Shown: in pieces, positions 36,230 to 48,825 of the stretch | How positions within the stretch are numbered: the first letter of the stretch is position 1 | Layout: each line of letters opens with the position of its first letter | Source: Mobula hypostoma | Taxonomy: Eukaryota | Assembly (NCBI RefSeq): GCF_963921235.1 | Contig: NC_086097.1 | Span: 83,888,001-83,952,000 of the forward strand | Reading direction: 5' to 3' | Length of the DNA: 64,000 bases | Translations under genes and position numbers: made by a program | The notes under the pieces: model-generated | Told to the model about the DNA's origin: nothing | Database searches by the model: none | What the model saw: only the letters and a program-made list of their open reading frames with translations

Positions 36230-37370
36230 TTAAGTATATGTGTCTATTAAATAGTTCAGTTAGAATAAGTAGTGCAAAATAACAGAAATAAAAAAGTAGT
36301 TTGGTAGAGTTCATGGGTTCAATGTCCATTTAGAAATCAACTGGTGGAGGGGAAGAAGCTGTTCCTGAGTCACTGAATGTGTGTCTTCGGGCTACTGTAC
36401 CTCCTCCCTTTCAGCAACAGTGTGACGAGGACACATCCTGGGTGGTTGGGATCTTTAATGATGGATGCCACCTTTCTAAGGCACCACACCTTGAAGATGT
36501 TTTGGACAGTGCGGAGGCTGGTACCCATGATAGAGTTGACTAATTTTACAAGTTTCTGCAACTTATTTCGATCTTGTGCAGCAGCCACACACCCCACCCC
36601 CAACACCAGACGGTGATGCAGCCTGTCAGAATGCTCTCCACAGTAAATTCGTAGAAGTTTTTCCGTGTTTTAGTTGACAAACTAATTTCCTCAAACTCCT
36701 AATGAAATAAGCCGCTCCCTTGCCTTCTTTATAGCTGCAGCGATATGTTGCACCCAGTTTAGGTCCTCAGAGATATTGACACCCAGGAACTTGAAACTGA
36801 TCACTCTCTCCACTTCTGATCCCTCTAAGAGGACTGGTATGCGACCCCTTGTCTTATCCTTCCTGAAGTCCGCAATCAGCTCTTTGGTCTTGTTGACACT
36901 GAGTGCAAGGTTTTTGCTGTGACATCACCCAACTAACTGGTACACAGTATCTTGCTCCTGTACGCCCTTTCATCACCATCTGAAATTCTGCCAACAATGT
37001 TTGTATCATCAGCAAAGTTATAGATGGCATTTGAGCTATGCCTAGACACACTGTCAGGGGTGTAGAGAGAGCAGAGCAGTGGGCTAAGCACACATCCCTG
37101 TGGAGTGCCAGTGTTAATTGTCAGTGAGGTGGAGGTGTTATTTCCAATCCGCATGGATTGTAGTTCTCCAGTAAGCAAGTCAAGGATCCAGTTGCAGAGG
37201 GAGGTACAGAGGCCAAGGTTCTGTAGATTTTCGATCAGGATTGTAGGAATGATTGTGCTAAATGCTGAGCTATCGTCAATAAACAGCTTCCTGACATAGG
37301 TATTTGCATTGCCCAGGTGATCCAAGGCTGCGTAGGGAGCCATTGAGGTCAGTTCTGCTGTAGACACCTA
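36230..37370 (-). mobile_element. Rex1/Babar-like LINE RT fragment
   Basis: [19 protein letters not shown] and FADDT motifs. Confidence 0.85.
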
Positions 37371-37439
37371 CAATTACCATTGTAGTTTATAGCCCATACC
37401 CTGGCTACTGTTTGCTGTACAGTAGCCAGGATGTGGATT

Positions 37440-38260
37440 ACAAATTACAATGGGAGATAGAAAAGGCATGTAAGAATGGCAATGTTGCAATAATCATGGA
37501 AGATTTCAATATGCAGGTAGATTGGGAAAAATCCAGTTGGTGCTGGATCCCTAGAGAAAGAATTTATTAAATGCTTAAAGAATGGCTTTTTAGAGCCCAT
37601 TAGGGGAACAGCAATTCTGGATTGGACATTATGTAATGACCCAAATTTGCTTAAAGCAAAAGGAACCATTCAGAGGCAGCAATCATAATATGATAGAATT
37701 CACCCTGAATTTTGAGGAGAAGCCAAAATCGGATGTATCAATATTATATTGGAGTAAAGGAAATGACAGAGGCATGAGAAAGCAGCTGGCCAAAATTGAT
37801 TAGAAGGGAACACTAGCAGGGATGACAGCAGAGCAGCGTTAGCTGGTATTTCTGGGGGAAATTCAGAAAGCGTAAGAAAAATGCATCCCAAAGATGAAGA
37901 ATTATAATGGGAGCATGACACAACTGTGGCTGACAAGGGAGATGCATAAAAGCCAAAGAGAGGTGATGCACCATCAATAACTCCAAAAGACTGGAAGTAG
38001 AGTAAATACTGAAAGGCTTTTATTAGCAGTAAAATGTGACCTCCACCATGCTGAGTATCTGCCCCTGGACTGAGAGGAGGAGCAATGGCACAATCGCCTT
38101 TATTCAGGGGTCTGTGGGAGGAGCCACGGGAGCAGTCAGCAGAGGGGTGTGTCCAGACAGGTAACCCAGTTACAACATACATATATGGTTTACCACAAGA
38201 GGGCAGATAATATAGCAAAAGGTAGTGGAAAGGTAGCGCATTAGGAAGCTTTTACCTGGG
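37440..38260 (+). mobile_element. CR1 endonuclease-region remnant hosting a solo LTR
   Basis: Remnant GDFN-like, AILD and SNHNMIEF motifs. Confidence 0.6.
37964..38197 (-). mobile_element. Solo LTR (234 bp)
   Basis: TG...CA termini; 5-bp TSD AGAGG at 37959-37963 and 38198-38202; AATAAA on the minus strand. Confidence 0.85.
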
Positions 38261-38494
38261 CTTGTTTGAGATTAGAAAAAATAAAAATGCAATAATAATA
38301 AATAATAAGCAACAAATATCGGGAACCTGAGATGAAGAGTCCTGGAAAGGGAGTCCATAGGTTGAGGGAACAGTTCAATGATGGGGCAAGGGAAGTTGGG
38401 TGAACCTAGTGGTGTGGGTCCTGAGGCTCCTGTATCTTCTTCCAGTGAGAAAAGAGCATGTTCTGCATGGCAGGGGTCCCTGAAAGTGGTTGGG

Positions 38495-38650
38495 GTAAAG
38501 TCACTTCAAAATAGCATTAAACAGTTAGGGCTACACAGCAATATCACAGTAAATCTCCAGAAAGCCACAATACAAGAGACCACTAGAATAGTTCAAAAGT
38601 TCCTAGCAATAGAGAAATGAGCGTGCTTGGCTATGCCCATACCTCAGAAC
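38495..38650 (+). mobile_element. 3' fragment of an RLE-type (R4/Dong-like) non-LTR retrotransposon
   Basis: KSLQNSIKQLGLHSNITVNLQKATIQETTRIVQKFLAIEK-stop resembles the QKA..L.T.RI C-terminus of R4-clade ORFs. Confidence 0.55.
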
Positions 38651-38679
38651 ACCAGAAGTAGAATGAGTGTAGTTATCCC

Positions 38680-39110
38680 CTTTTGTTCAGGAGCCTGATG
38701 CTGAGGGGTAGTAACTGTTCTTGAACCTGGTGGTGCAAGTCCTGAGGTACCTGTACCTTCCACCTGATGACAGCAGTGAGAAAGGAGCATGGCCTGGGTG
38801 GTGACGATCTTTGATGACGGATGTTGCTTTTCTACGGCAACGTTTCGTATAGATGTGCTCAATGATTGGGAGTGTTTTACCTGTGATGCACTGGGCCAAG
38901 TCCACTACATTTTGTGGGATTTTCCACTCAAAGGCATTGGCATTCCCCACACCAGGCCATAATGCAACCAGTCAGCACACTTTCCAGCACAAATCTATAG
39001 AGGTTTGCTAAGGTTTTTGATGACGTGCTGAATCTCCACAGACTCCTCAGGAAGTAAAGGAGTTGTCATTCTCTCTTTGCAATCATATTTATGTGATGGA
39101 CCTGTTATAT
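38680..39110 (-). mobile_element. Rex1/Babar-like LINE 3' fragment
   Basis: IKDRHHPGHAPFSLLSSGGRYR..TTRFKNSYYP motif. Confidence 0.8.
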
Positions 39111-39349
39111 GATAGACCTGGGAATCAACATCTCCCTTTGCATCCTTGACTTCCTGACCCACAGACCACAATCAGTAAGGATAGGCAGTAACATTTCTGC
39201 CACAATTGTCCATAACACTGGTGTCCCATGATGCGCATCTCAGCCTCTACCCCACACCCTGCACACTGCCAACTGTGTAACCAAATTCTGCTCTGACTCC
39301 ATCTACAAGTTTGCAAATGTTTTCCTCTGTAGTGGGGTCATATTCCAAA

Positions 39350-40330
39350 TTACTTACTTACTGCCCATTATGCTTGCTGGCGTTTAGGGCAGCAATGAAG
39401 GTTCTCCATCTCTGTCTATTCTTGGCCAGTTTTGGTCTTCATCGTGGCAGTGATCAGGCCCTCCTTCATCGAGCCAGTAGCTTCCTCTTGGTTTTCACTG
39501 CTGCCCACCATGCATGTCCTGAGCCTGGGCAGAGACTCAGAAATACTGGCACTCAAAGATGCAGAAGGATCTTTCATTGCTGTTTCCCTGACAGATTTGT
39601 TTGACCAGTTAGGGTTGTTAGCCCTGAGCTGAACCCCCAAACCTGGAGGATCCGTGACCGTTCTTAGTCTGGCCTCTACCCTTTGGCTGGGGTGCATGGA
39701 GTGTCCAGGGAGAGGTAGCACCTCTGATGAAGGGGCTTGCCATGTCTGGTCTGGGGCAGCTCATTCACCTTTGGTCCCCATCGGATACTCAGCTCTCACC
39801 TGTGGCTCCAAGTAGCTGCTTGCATTCAACAGCGTCCACATCCCAGTGCACTGCTTCAACAGGCAGGCAAAGCCGGGTGGGGATAGCCAGTGGTCTCATA
39901 TCCTGGTGAGATTGGGACATGCCTGTCCTAGTATGTGAAGTCAGCTCTGGCGGACAGGGCGGATGAGATCTGCAGCGGGATCCAACGGCCAGGAAGGTGG
40001 CACTGCAACGCTCCATCAAGAGCGAATGGCATGACAAGGCACAGAAGATGCCGTGGTCATTCACTGCAACCGAGTAAGACCCTAGTTTGTGACGTTCGTA
40101 CCTCTGGACCCAGACTTCTGAGATCGAGTGAGTGGATCTGTCGCAGTGCAACGGTTTTTCCACTTTAAAATCTCTTCCGCACAGACTTCCTGTCATCATC
40201 AGACACAATGGACAACCACCACCCTTTGACCTGTTTGGCATGGGTGACCCTACCTAGAGCCAAAAGCATAAGGCCCTTTCCAGGCAGCAGTCACTGAGGC
40301 ATGTAAACCTCCAAATCATGACCTTTGGAG
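39350..40330 (-). mobile_element. RTE-like non-autonomous element with (TAAG)n tail, interrupted by a nested insertion
   Basis: TACTTACTTACT tail at ~39351; continuity across the TSD ACCCTTTG. Confidence 0.55.
39686..40220 (+). mobile_element. Nested non-coding retroposon with 8-bp TSD
   Basis: TSD ACCCTTTG at 39678-39685 and 40221-40228; CAACCACC tail. A related copy lies in reverse orientation at ~44655-45085. Confidence 0.7.
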
Positions 40331-40657
40331 GTCGTATTTCAAATAATAATTAATAAATCAAAATTAGCACAATGGAAGTTCATAATTTCCTTAAAATTTG
40401 TCACAATTATAGCCGATGTCTAAAACTGAAATTAGCTTTAGAATGAGAGCAGTAAACATGGAATTGTATTACAGGAAATACATCTGCCTTGGATGGACCT
40501 ATTCATGCTTTAAATGCTCAGGACCAGTGTTACTGAATCATCTGCCAAGTAAAATTTTAATATATCTGTTCTGTGGTAGTTTGATTTACAATTCTTCTGT
40601 AATGTCAATGTAGTATTTCTTTTGGGTAAAATGCTCAATTGTTTAGTTTCCTGTTAT

Positions 40658-40689
40658 TGCAATAACTAATCTTTACCACTAGAGGTCAC
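40658..40689 (+). promoter_or_regulatory. Candidate CTCF site with upstream motif
   Basis: Core CCACTAGAGGTCAC at 40676-40689, with TGCAATA at 40658, in unique AT-rich DNA. Confidence 0.45.
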
Positions 40690-41735
40690 TTTTTAGTGAC
40701 CAATTTATTTGCAGTAGAATACTTTCAAACTCAAATCTCCCAATAATTTTCTCTACAGTAACAAAAAATTGTACACTCTTTTTTCTTGGGTTATTGTGTT
40801 ACATACTCCAGCATAGATGCATCATTAAATTTGTTTCTTTAATTGTTTTAGTAGTTTTTTTTCATAACTTGGAATGACTCAGCAAAGACAGTGCAGAACA
40901 TTCAAATCTTCATTTTTGATGTTATAATAGTTTCTATTTACAGAAAAATAGTTTCTGATTATCATGAATAAAGTTAAATTTGAATGTGAATAGGATTCCT
41001 TTTAAGGTTGGGTGTATTCAATTTTCCTTGTTGGAATGTGTCTAAATCCAACAGATTAGTCGGTAAGAATGCCTTTTTCAGTCAGATCCAAATACTTAGC
41101 AGTATGTTTTACAGGCATATAAATTCCAACCATGACTTTGGTTCCTGAGCAAATGCAGTATTCTGGTGTGAGATTAATATATTTATAAGCAGATCCTACT
41201 ACATATTCACTGAAATGAATTGCCTTCAGTCATTTGAGCTTCTGCATCCAAGAAAAGGATGGGGAGAGGTGTTTTAAGATATATGAACACATTTAAAAAA
41301 TCAACTTAAAAATGGCTTTGGCTTTGTGGTAAGTGCAAAGTATTTTTAGCCAGAGACATGATGAGTCACTGGCATGCATACAAGAATCACACTCGGTACA
41401 TTGGTTGGCAATGCAATTTACAATCAGTTCTTCTGTTCCAAAAATTTGAAGGTTGTAGAGATGTCGAAAGTGCAGCTTATGAGTTGAATAAGAAAGAGTT
41501 GTGCATTGAAAGGGGAAAGTTCACCAATCCATCATGATAGTTCTTGTGAGTCCTGACTCCATAACAAGCTATGTGAAAGCCGTGTTTAATACTGTGAATG
41601 CAAAAGACTTCTCATGAAATCAATTCAGTTTCAGGAAACAAGGTGTTAACCTTGTCTTGCAGTGATGACTAGATCTGTTGCTTAGTCAGTTTTTGATTAG
41701 TTAGCTCCATCTAAAATATTAAAATCCTGCCATAT

Positions 41736-43597
41736 TTGAATTGAATTGACTTTATTTCTTACATCCTTCACATACATGAAGAGTAAAAATCTGTACGTTA
41801 CGTCTCCATCTAAATGTGCAATGTGCAATCTTAGTAATTTATAATAAATAGAACAGTCAGTGCAATATAGAGTACTCTCAAATCAACGTGAATTCATCAG
41901 TCTGATGGCCTGGTGGAAGAAGCTGTCCTGGAGCCTGTTGGTCCTGGCTTTTATACTGCGGTACTGCTTCCCGGATGGTAGCAGCTGGAATAGATTGTGG
42001 TTGGGATGGCTTGGGTCCCCAATGATCCTATGGGCCCTCTTTTCATACCTGCCCTTGTAAATGTCCTGAATCATAGGAAGTTCACAACTACAGATGCACT
42101 GGGCTGTCTGCACCACTCTCTGCAGAGTCCTGCGATTAAGAGAGGTACAGTTCCCATACCAGGCAATCAGGATGCTCTCAAGTTCTTAAGATTTGGGGGC
42201 CCATACCAAACTTCCTCAACAATCTGAGGTAAAAGAGGCGCTGTTGTGCCTTTCTCATCACACAGCTGGTGTGTACAGACCACGTGAGGTCCTCGGTGAT
42301 GTGGATGCCAAGGAACTTGAAGCTGCTCACCCTCTCAACCCCAGATCCATTGATGTCAATAGGGGTTAGCCAGTCTCCATTCCGCCTGTAATCACCAACC
42401 AGCTACTTTGTTTTTGCGACATTGAGGGAAAGGCTGTTTTCTTGACACCACTGTGTCAAAGAGATAACTTCTTCCCTGTAGGCCACCTCATTATTGTTTG
42501 AGATAAAGCCAATCAATGTCGTGTCGTTGGAAAATTTAATTAGCAGATTGGAGCTGTGGGTAGCGATACAGTCATGGGTATACAGGGAGTAAAGGAGGGG
42601 ACTCAGTACGCTGCCCTGAGGGGTTCCTGTATTGAGAGTCAGAGGGGTGGAGCTGAGGGAGCCCACTCTTACCACCTGTTGGTGATCTGACAGGAAGTCC
42701 AGGATCCAGCTGCACAAGGCAGGGTGAAGGCCGAGGTCTCTGAGCTTCTTGTCGAGCCTGGATGGAACTATGGTGTTGAATGCTGAACTGTAGTCCAAGA
42801 ACAGCATTCTCACATAAGCATCCTTCTTCTCCAGATGTGTAAGGACGGTGTGTTGATCATTTGCATCGGTAGGTGAATTGTAGGGGGTCCAGTTTGGGTG
42901 GCAGCAAGCTGCAGATGTAATCCTTGACCAGCCACTCAAAGCATTTGCTTATTATTGAGGTGAGTGCCACAGGATACCAGTCGTTCAGGCATGTTACCTT
43001 GGTCTTTTTTGGTACAGGGACAATGGTGGATAATTTGAAGCAGGAGGGTACTCTACACTGGGAGAGGGAGAGATTAAAAATGTCAGTAAACACACCTGCC
43101 AGTTGTGCTGCGCACATCCTGAGTACTCGCCCTGGGATGCCGTGTGGTCCCGCAGCCTTGCGACTGTCCACTCATTGAAAACATCTGCGTACCTCAGCCT
43201 CAGAGATGACCAGGTTGCAGGTTGTAGCGGTGGCTTTCCTTGGAGGCTCAGAGTTAGCGACATCGAACTGAGCATAAAAGCGATTGAGCTCATCTGGGAG
43301 AGAGGCACCACTACGTTTGGCTTTGAAGTCTGCGATGGTGTGCAACCCTCACCACAATGTGCTATTTGTTGCGAATCTTGACTCAATCTTCTCCCTATAT
43401 TGTTGTTTCCCTGCCTTGATAGCTTTGTGCAGATCATAGCTGGTTTTCTTGAGCTCTAGTTGATCTCCGGCAATGTAAGCTCTATGTCGTGCTGTAAGTG
43501 CTGCTCGCACTGAACTATTGATCCAGGGTGTCTGGTTCGGGAACACCTTGACCAACCTTTGGGGGACAAAATCGTCAGTGCACTTCCAGATGTGGGT
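41736..43597 (-). mobile_element. Rex1/Babar-like LINE (RT and 3' end with (TTCAA)n tail)
   Basis: KAAGPHG, PVALTS, DYSSAFNT, PQGSVLSPLL, FSNDT and DPSHPNH motifs; frameshifted. Confidence 0.88.
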
Positions 43598-43782
43598 ATT
43601 TACTTATTACACTAGTCCAAAGAATAAAAACTTGTATACCCTTTTATTAATGGAAGATTCTTTGAAATCTATCAACTTATGTGAAAATTTATTTTCGGTA
43701 TATTTGAAGGAGGCAGAACTAAAAATTTTAAATACTGTGGATTCCTGTTAATTGGGACACATTGGGACCAGGACATTTTTTT

Positions 43783-44461
43783 TAGATTATGAGGACACTC
43801 AGTCCTCGTTTATTGTCATTTAGAAATGCATGCATTAAAAAATGATACAATGTTCCTCCAGAATGATATCACAGGAAAACACAGGACAAACCAAGGCTAA
43901 AACTGACAAAAGCACATAATTATAACATATAGTTACAACAGTGCAAAGCAATACCATAATTTGATAAAGAGCAAACCATGGGCACGGTAAAAAAAAAGGT
44001 CTCAAATTCCCTATAGACTCATCATCTCACGCAGATGGTAGAAGGGAGGAACTCTCCCTGCCATGAACCTCCAAGCGCTGCCAACTTGCCAATGCAGCAC
44101 CATTGGAAGCACCCGACCGCAATGGACTCTGAGCCCATCCGCAAACTTCGAGCCTCTGACCAGCCCCTCCAACACAGCCTCACCGAGCACCATCCTCTGC
44201 CGAACGCTTGGACCCCGCCCCGGCGGCCAAGCAACAAGCAAAGCCGAGGACTCGGGGCCTTCCCCTCCAGAGATTCTGGACCACACAGTAGCAACAGCAG
44301 CGAAGCAGGCATTTCAGAAGTTTCACCAGATGTTCCTCCGTGCTCTCACGTCTGTCTCCATCAAATCAGGATTGTGCATGGCACCCTACTTGACAAATAA
44401 CAGACACCACCACTGGAGTGGCCGCTGCGAGCTGCGTTGTGCCACCATCTTCTCCTCCCGC
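43783..44461 (-). mobile_element. Non-autonomous LINE-derived element
   Basis: Minus-strand 5' end GGAGAAGATGGTGGC and tail AATAAA..CATAATCTAAA. A related tail lies at ~35405-35505. Confidence 0.55.
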
Positions 44462-45099
44462 CATTTTGGCCCAATTAAGCAAATGCCCCAATTAGCTGAA
44501 GTTTCATGAAAATAGTTAAAAAGATATTAAGAAGACAAACTACTGTTCAACTGAGCAACAAATTATGTATTAAATGAAATATAGAACAAGTTAGAGCACT
44601 TTCACTATTACAGTACAATAAAGCTACGTATTAGTTCCTAACAGTTGGTTTGGAGGTTGTCGGTTGTATCCGACAATGACAGGAAACCTGTGCGGGAGAG
44701 TTTTTGAAGTGGAAATGCCATTGCACTGGGGCAGTTCCACTCTCTCGACCCGGAAATCCAGGTCCAGTGGAACAATGGTTATCACAACTGGAGTTCCTTG
44801 GTTGCAGTGGTTAACCATGAATTCTTCTGAGCATTGTCATGCCCTTCACTCTCCACGGATTGTTGCAGAACTGCACTCCTGGCTGTTGAAACTCACTGTA
44901 GATCTCATCTGCCTGTCCACCAGAGCTGACTTCACATCCTAGGACAGGCATGTCCCAATCTCTCCAGGGTGTAAGGCTTCCCGGCTCCTCTCACCTGATG
45001 TAGCCTGTCTGTCAAAGCAACGCAGCAGGGTGTGCCTGCTGTCGCGTGCAACAGCTGCTTAGAGCCACAGGTGAGAGCTAAGTGTACACTGCCATTTTT

Positions 45100-45572
45100 A
45101 TAAAGACCATAAGACCATAAGATATAGGAACAGAAGTAGGCCATTCAGCCCATCGAGTCTGCTCCGCCATTCAGTCATGGACTGACCCTATTCTTCCAGT
45201 CATCCCCACTCCCATGCCTTCACTCCATATCCTTTGATGCCCTGGCTAATCGAGAACCTATCTATCTCTGCCTTAAATGCACCCAATGACTTGGCCTCCA
45301 CAACCCCTCGTGGCAACAAATTACACAGATTTACCACCCTCTGCATCTCAGTTCTAAATGGACGTCCTTCAATCCTGAAGTTGTGCCTTCTTGTCCTAGA
45401 ATCCTCTAACATGGGAAATAACTTTGCCATATGTAATCTGTTCAGTCCTTTTAACATTCTGAATGTTTCTATGAGATCCCTCCTCATTCTCCTGAACTCC
45501 AGGGAATACAGTCCAAGAGCTGCCAGACGTTCCTCATACGGTAACCCATTCATTCCTGGAATCATTCTTGTG
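45100..45572 (-). mobile_element. CR1 3' end with (TCTTATGG)n tail
   Basis: FTRMIPG..YEERL..LGLYSLEFRRMR.DLIE motif. Confidence 0.88.
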
Positions 45573-46737
45573 AATATTGATTGACTGTAAATGGACAAAA
45601 TTAGTACAGACACCTCGTAAAGATAATGGACTGTCTTCATACAATTTTCAACGATTGCATTCTCCAAATCTTCATTTTCATTGTAACATTCAAGATGATT
45701 GTCAATACCTTCAAATTCATTGTAGTTCCTAACTTGTTAAAGTAGTTCTCTCCTGGCCCTTCCTGGCATCTCCCATCCTGAACACTTGAAACCACAGTGA
45801 GCAAACCAGTTCTGAATTGTCTTACTGTTTATTGCTTGACAACTATTAGTGACAAAGAATACTGTTATTTAAATAAAAGCACACATAACTGATACTATGT
45901 AAAAACTATTTGCTCTATGCACAGTGTAGTCTTTAACAGCTACACAAGTGCACACGTCTGCCACTAGTTAGAAACTGTTTGCAACAGTCTTCTGCCCCAA
46001 TTAAACAGCATAGTGCCCCAGATAAGCAGCTGCCCTGATTAACCAATGACCCAATTAACTGGAATCTAAGGTATATATTCATATTTATTTGCAAAATGTC
46101 ACAAATGTAATTCATCCTTACCATCGTTTTTGTCTGTTGTAGGCATATACATTATTGAACCTTGTAACATGGTTAAAACACTTAGAACTTGGCACTAATC
46201 AATTGACCACTGCATTTCAAGCGAATGTTTCCACCTACACACCTCCAAATGGAGAATTCATTGTCAAATATGTCTTGAAATGCTCTGCTGTCCGCCCCCA
46301 CTCAATCCTGGTGTCTGAATGGCTCTTTATGCCATTCTGGCTATTCTGTTGGAAAACGACAAATTGATCTCTTTGACAGAGACTGTTGAATATGGCTTTC
46401 TTCCATCCAAGTTTGCTTTAGAAATTGTTCACTTTTCAGATTAGTGTAGCATACTATGTCTTTTCTTCATTGATAAATGGGAAAGTCTGTTACTAAATGT
46501 ACTAAAAATTGTTTCAGTTTTGATTTGAAGTCCTCATCTCTTATGCTCTGTATCCGAAACTTTGTTTTACATCTACTGATAGGTCATGGTCATTACTCTG
46601 GTATACATTCAGAATATCTGGTTGGAAGATAGCTAGGGAGCATTTAACATGGACAAAATATAACAGTTGCAGAATAATCTGACCTTGCAGTTCAGCAATC
46701 CAGTTTCCTTCAGACTATTAAACACCAGAGATTTTGC

Positions 46738-46952
46738 CTATGCTGGAAATCCAGAGTAATACACACAAGATGCTGGAGGAACTGAGGAGGCATTCAGAAT
46801 CTGTGGAGAGGAATAAACAGTGAATGTTTTGGGCCAAGATTCTTCATCAGGCCTCAGCCTGAAATATCGACTGTTTATTCTTTTTTGTAGATGCTGCCTG
46901 ACCTGCTGAGTTCCTCCCGCATTTTGTGTCTGTTACTCTGGATTTCCAGCAT
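46738..46952. mobile_element. Inverted Penelope-like terminal-repeat unit
   Basis: TATGCTGGAAATCCAGAGTAA on the left pairs with TTACTCTGGATTTCCAGCATA on the right; decayed hammerhead cores at the centre. Confidence 0.7.
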
Positions 46953-47439
46953 ACTTAAATATGACAATTGCAATTTGTATAGCGCCTTTAAAATTAATCC
47001 TGTAAGGAAATATTAAGCAGATGACTAATGCTCGTTCTGTAGTGTGAAGGAATATCTATATAAAAGTGAACACAAATTGAGAATCGGAGGGAGGGAATCA
47101 CAGAGTGCTGCCAGTGATGGAATCATGTTCTTCTAGATTGGAGTCAGAGGGAGAATAAGTCATTCAGCTTCAGATATGGCTGCCGAAGTCATTCTGAATA
47201 TACAATTCTCTTACCTGGGGTCCACAGACCTCTTGGCTAATGGTAAGGGTCCACGGCATAGAAACAGATTGGTAACCCCTGCTCTAAGGTCATTTGACAG
47301 GGTGGTCCTGTGACTTATTCCCGCCATGTTTTATTGTTGTGATAGGCAATGCCTCAAAGTAATAATATCAACCGAGTAGAACTCAGAAATTGACTCAGTC
47401 AGACACTCTGGAGCCCACAAATCTTGCTACAGTTACAAT

Positions 47440-47880
47440 CCTGAGCAACACACACACAAAACGCTGGAGGAACATGGCAGGTCAGGCAGCATCTATGGAA
47501 AGGAGTAAAACAGTTGACGTTTCGGGCACAGAGCCTTCTTTGGGATTGGAAAGAAAGGGGGAAGATGCCAGGATAAAAAAAGGTAAGGGGGAGGGGAAGG
47601 AGGACAGCTAGAAGGTGATGGGTGAAGCCAGGTAGATGGGAAAGGTAAAGGGCTGGAGAGGAAGGAATCTGATGGGAGAGGAGATTGGATCGTGGGAGAA
47701 GGGGAAGAAGGAGGGGCACCAGGGGAAGGTGTTAGGCAGGTGAGAAGAAGAGGTAAGAAACAGCATGAGAAATAGAAGAAAAGAGAAGGGGGAGGGGAAA
47801 TTATCGGAAGGTGTTCATGCCATCACATTTGAGGCTACCTAGGTGGAATATTGTTCCTCCGTTCTAAGAGTGGCCTCATT
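47440..47880 (-). mobile_element. Penelope-like repeat copy
   Basis: Same family as 170-480 and 1022-1345. Confidence 0.6.
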
Positions 47881-48399
47881 TAGGTCTGTTTCATAGAATT
47901 TATTTCGATCATCATATTTTATTAATAATTCAGATACAAGAAACCTAAACAGATGATATCACATAAAACTTTGTTTTCATGCTTATTCCCCATCTGCCAC
48001 ATTTCCACAGTCAACCTGGAAAGTGATTCATATCTCCTCAAGATCCAGTATTTGTTAGCCTTGTGATCAGACTATGGAAGAGCTTTAACTATGGCATGTC
48101 TGTTTGTTTTCTCCTCTGAGTGGGCGTACTCTGTTGGCTCACAATGGCCCATCTAACAGAGTTGATAATGAAAAGCTGAAAGTGCATAAACATCAGAAGA
48201 CCATCAAATAAATTGTTTTATCTAAAGATTTATAATAAACTAGAATGTCTCCATGTTCCATTTATAGCTCAAAAATCTAAAATTGTCTATAAAGATGTGC
48301 TCTTGTTCTTTTCCAAAATAAAATCCTTGTACGAGGCCCTCCACAGCCCAAAGGGGGCCTAGCTTTAACTTTCCCCGATCAATTTCTGTGGTACTAAAT

Positions 48400-48825
48400 T
48401 GGGGAGCATGTCTTATGAGAACAGGTTGAGTGAACTTGGCCTTTTCTCCTTGGAGTGACGGAGGATGAGAGGTGACCTGATAGAGGTGTATAAGATGATG
48501 AGAGGCAGAGGCTTTTTCCCAGGGCTGAAATGGTTGCCACAAGAGGACACAGGTTTAAGGTGCTGGGCAGTAGGTACAGAGGAGATGTCAGGGGTAAGTT
48601 TTTTACTCAGAGAGTGGTGAGTGCGTGGAATGGGCTGCCAGCAACAGTGGTGGAGGTGGATACGATAGGGTCTTTTAAGAGACTTTTGGATAGGTACTTG
48701 GAGCTTAGAAAAATAGAGGGCTATAGGTAAGCCCAGTAATTTCTAAGGTCGGGACATGTTTGGCACAACTTTGTGGGCCAAAGGGCCTGTATTGTGCTGT
48801 AGGTTTTCTATGTTTCCATGTTTCT
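48400..48825 (+). mobile_element. CR1 3' end with (TTCTATGT)n tail
   Basis: TRGHRFKV..FFTQRVVSAWNGLP motif and octamer tail. Confidence 0.88.

Larger units (their letters stand above)
43735..46071. mobile_element. Tigger/pogo-like DNA element containing three nested retroposons
   Basis: TA-flanked imperfect TIRs: CTGTGGATTCCTGTTAATTGGG (43735) and CCCAATTAACTGGAATCTAAGG (46050-46071). Confidence 0.65.

Noticed and set aside
39724..39760. CTGATGA as a further hammerhead core
   Set aside because: No stem II closed by GAAA follows.
44011..44509. Cluster of overlapping ORFs on both strands
   Set aside because: GC-rich interior of a non-autonomous repeat; stop-codon scarcity explains the ORFs.
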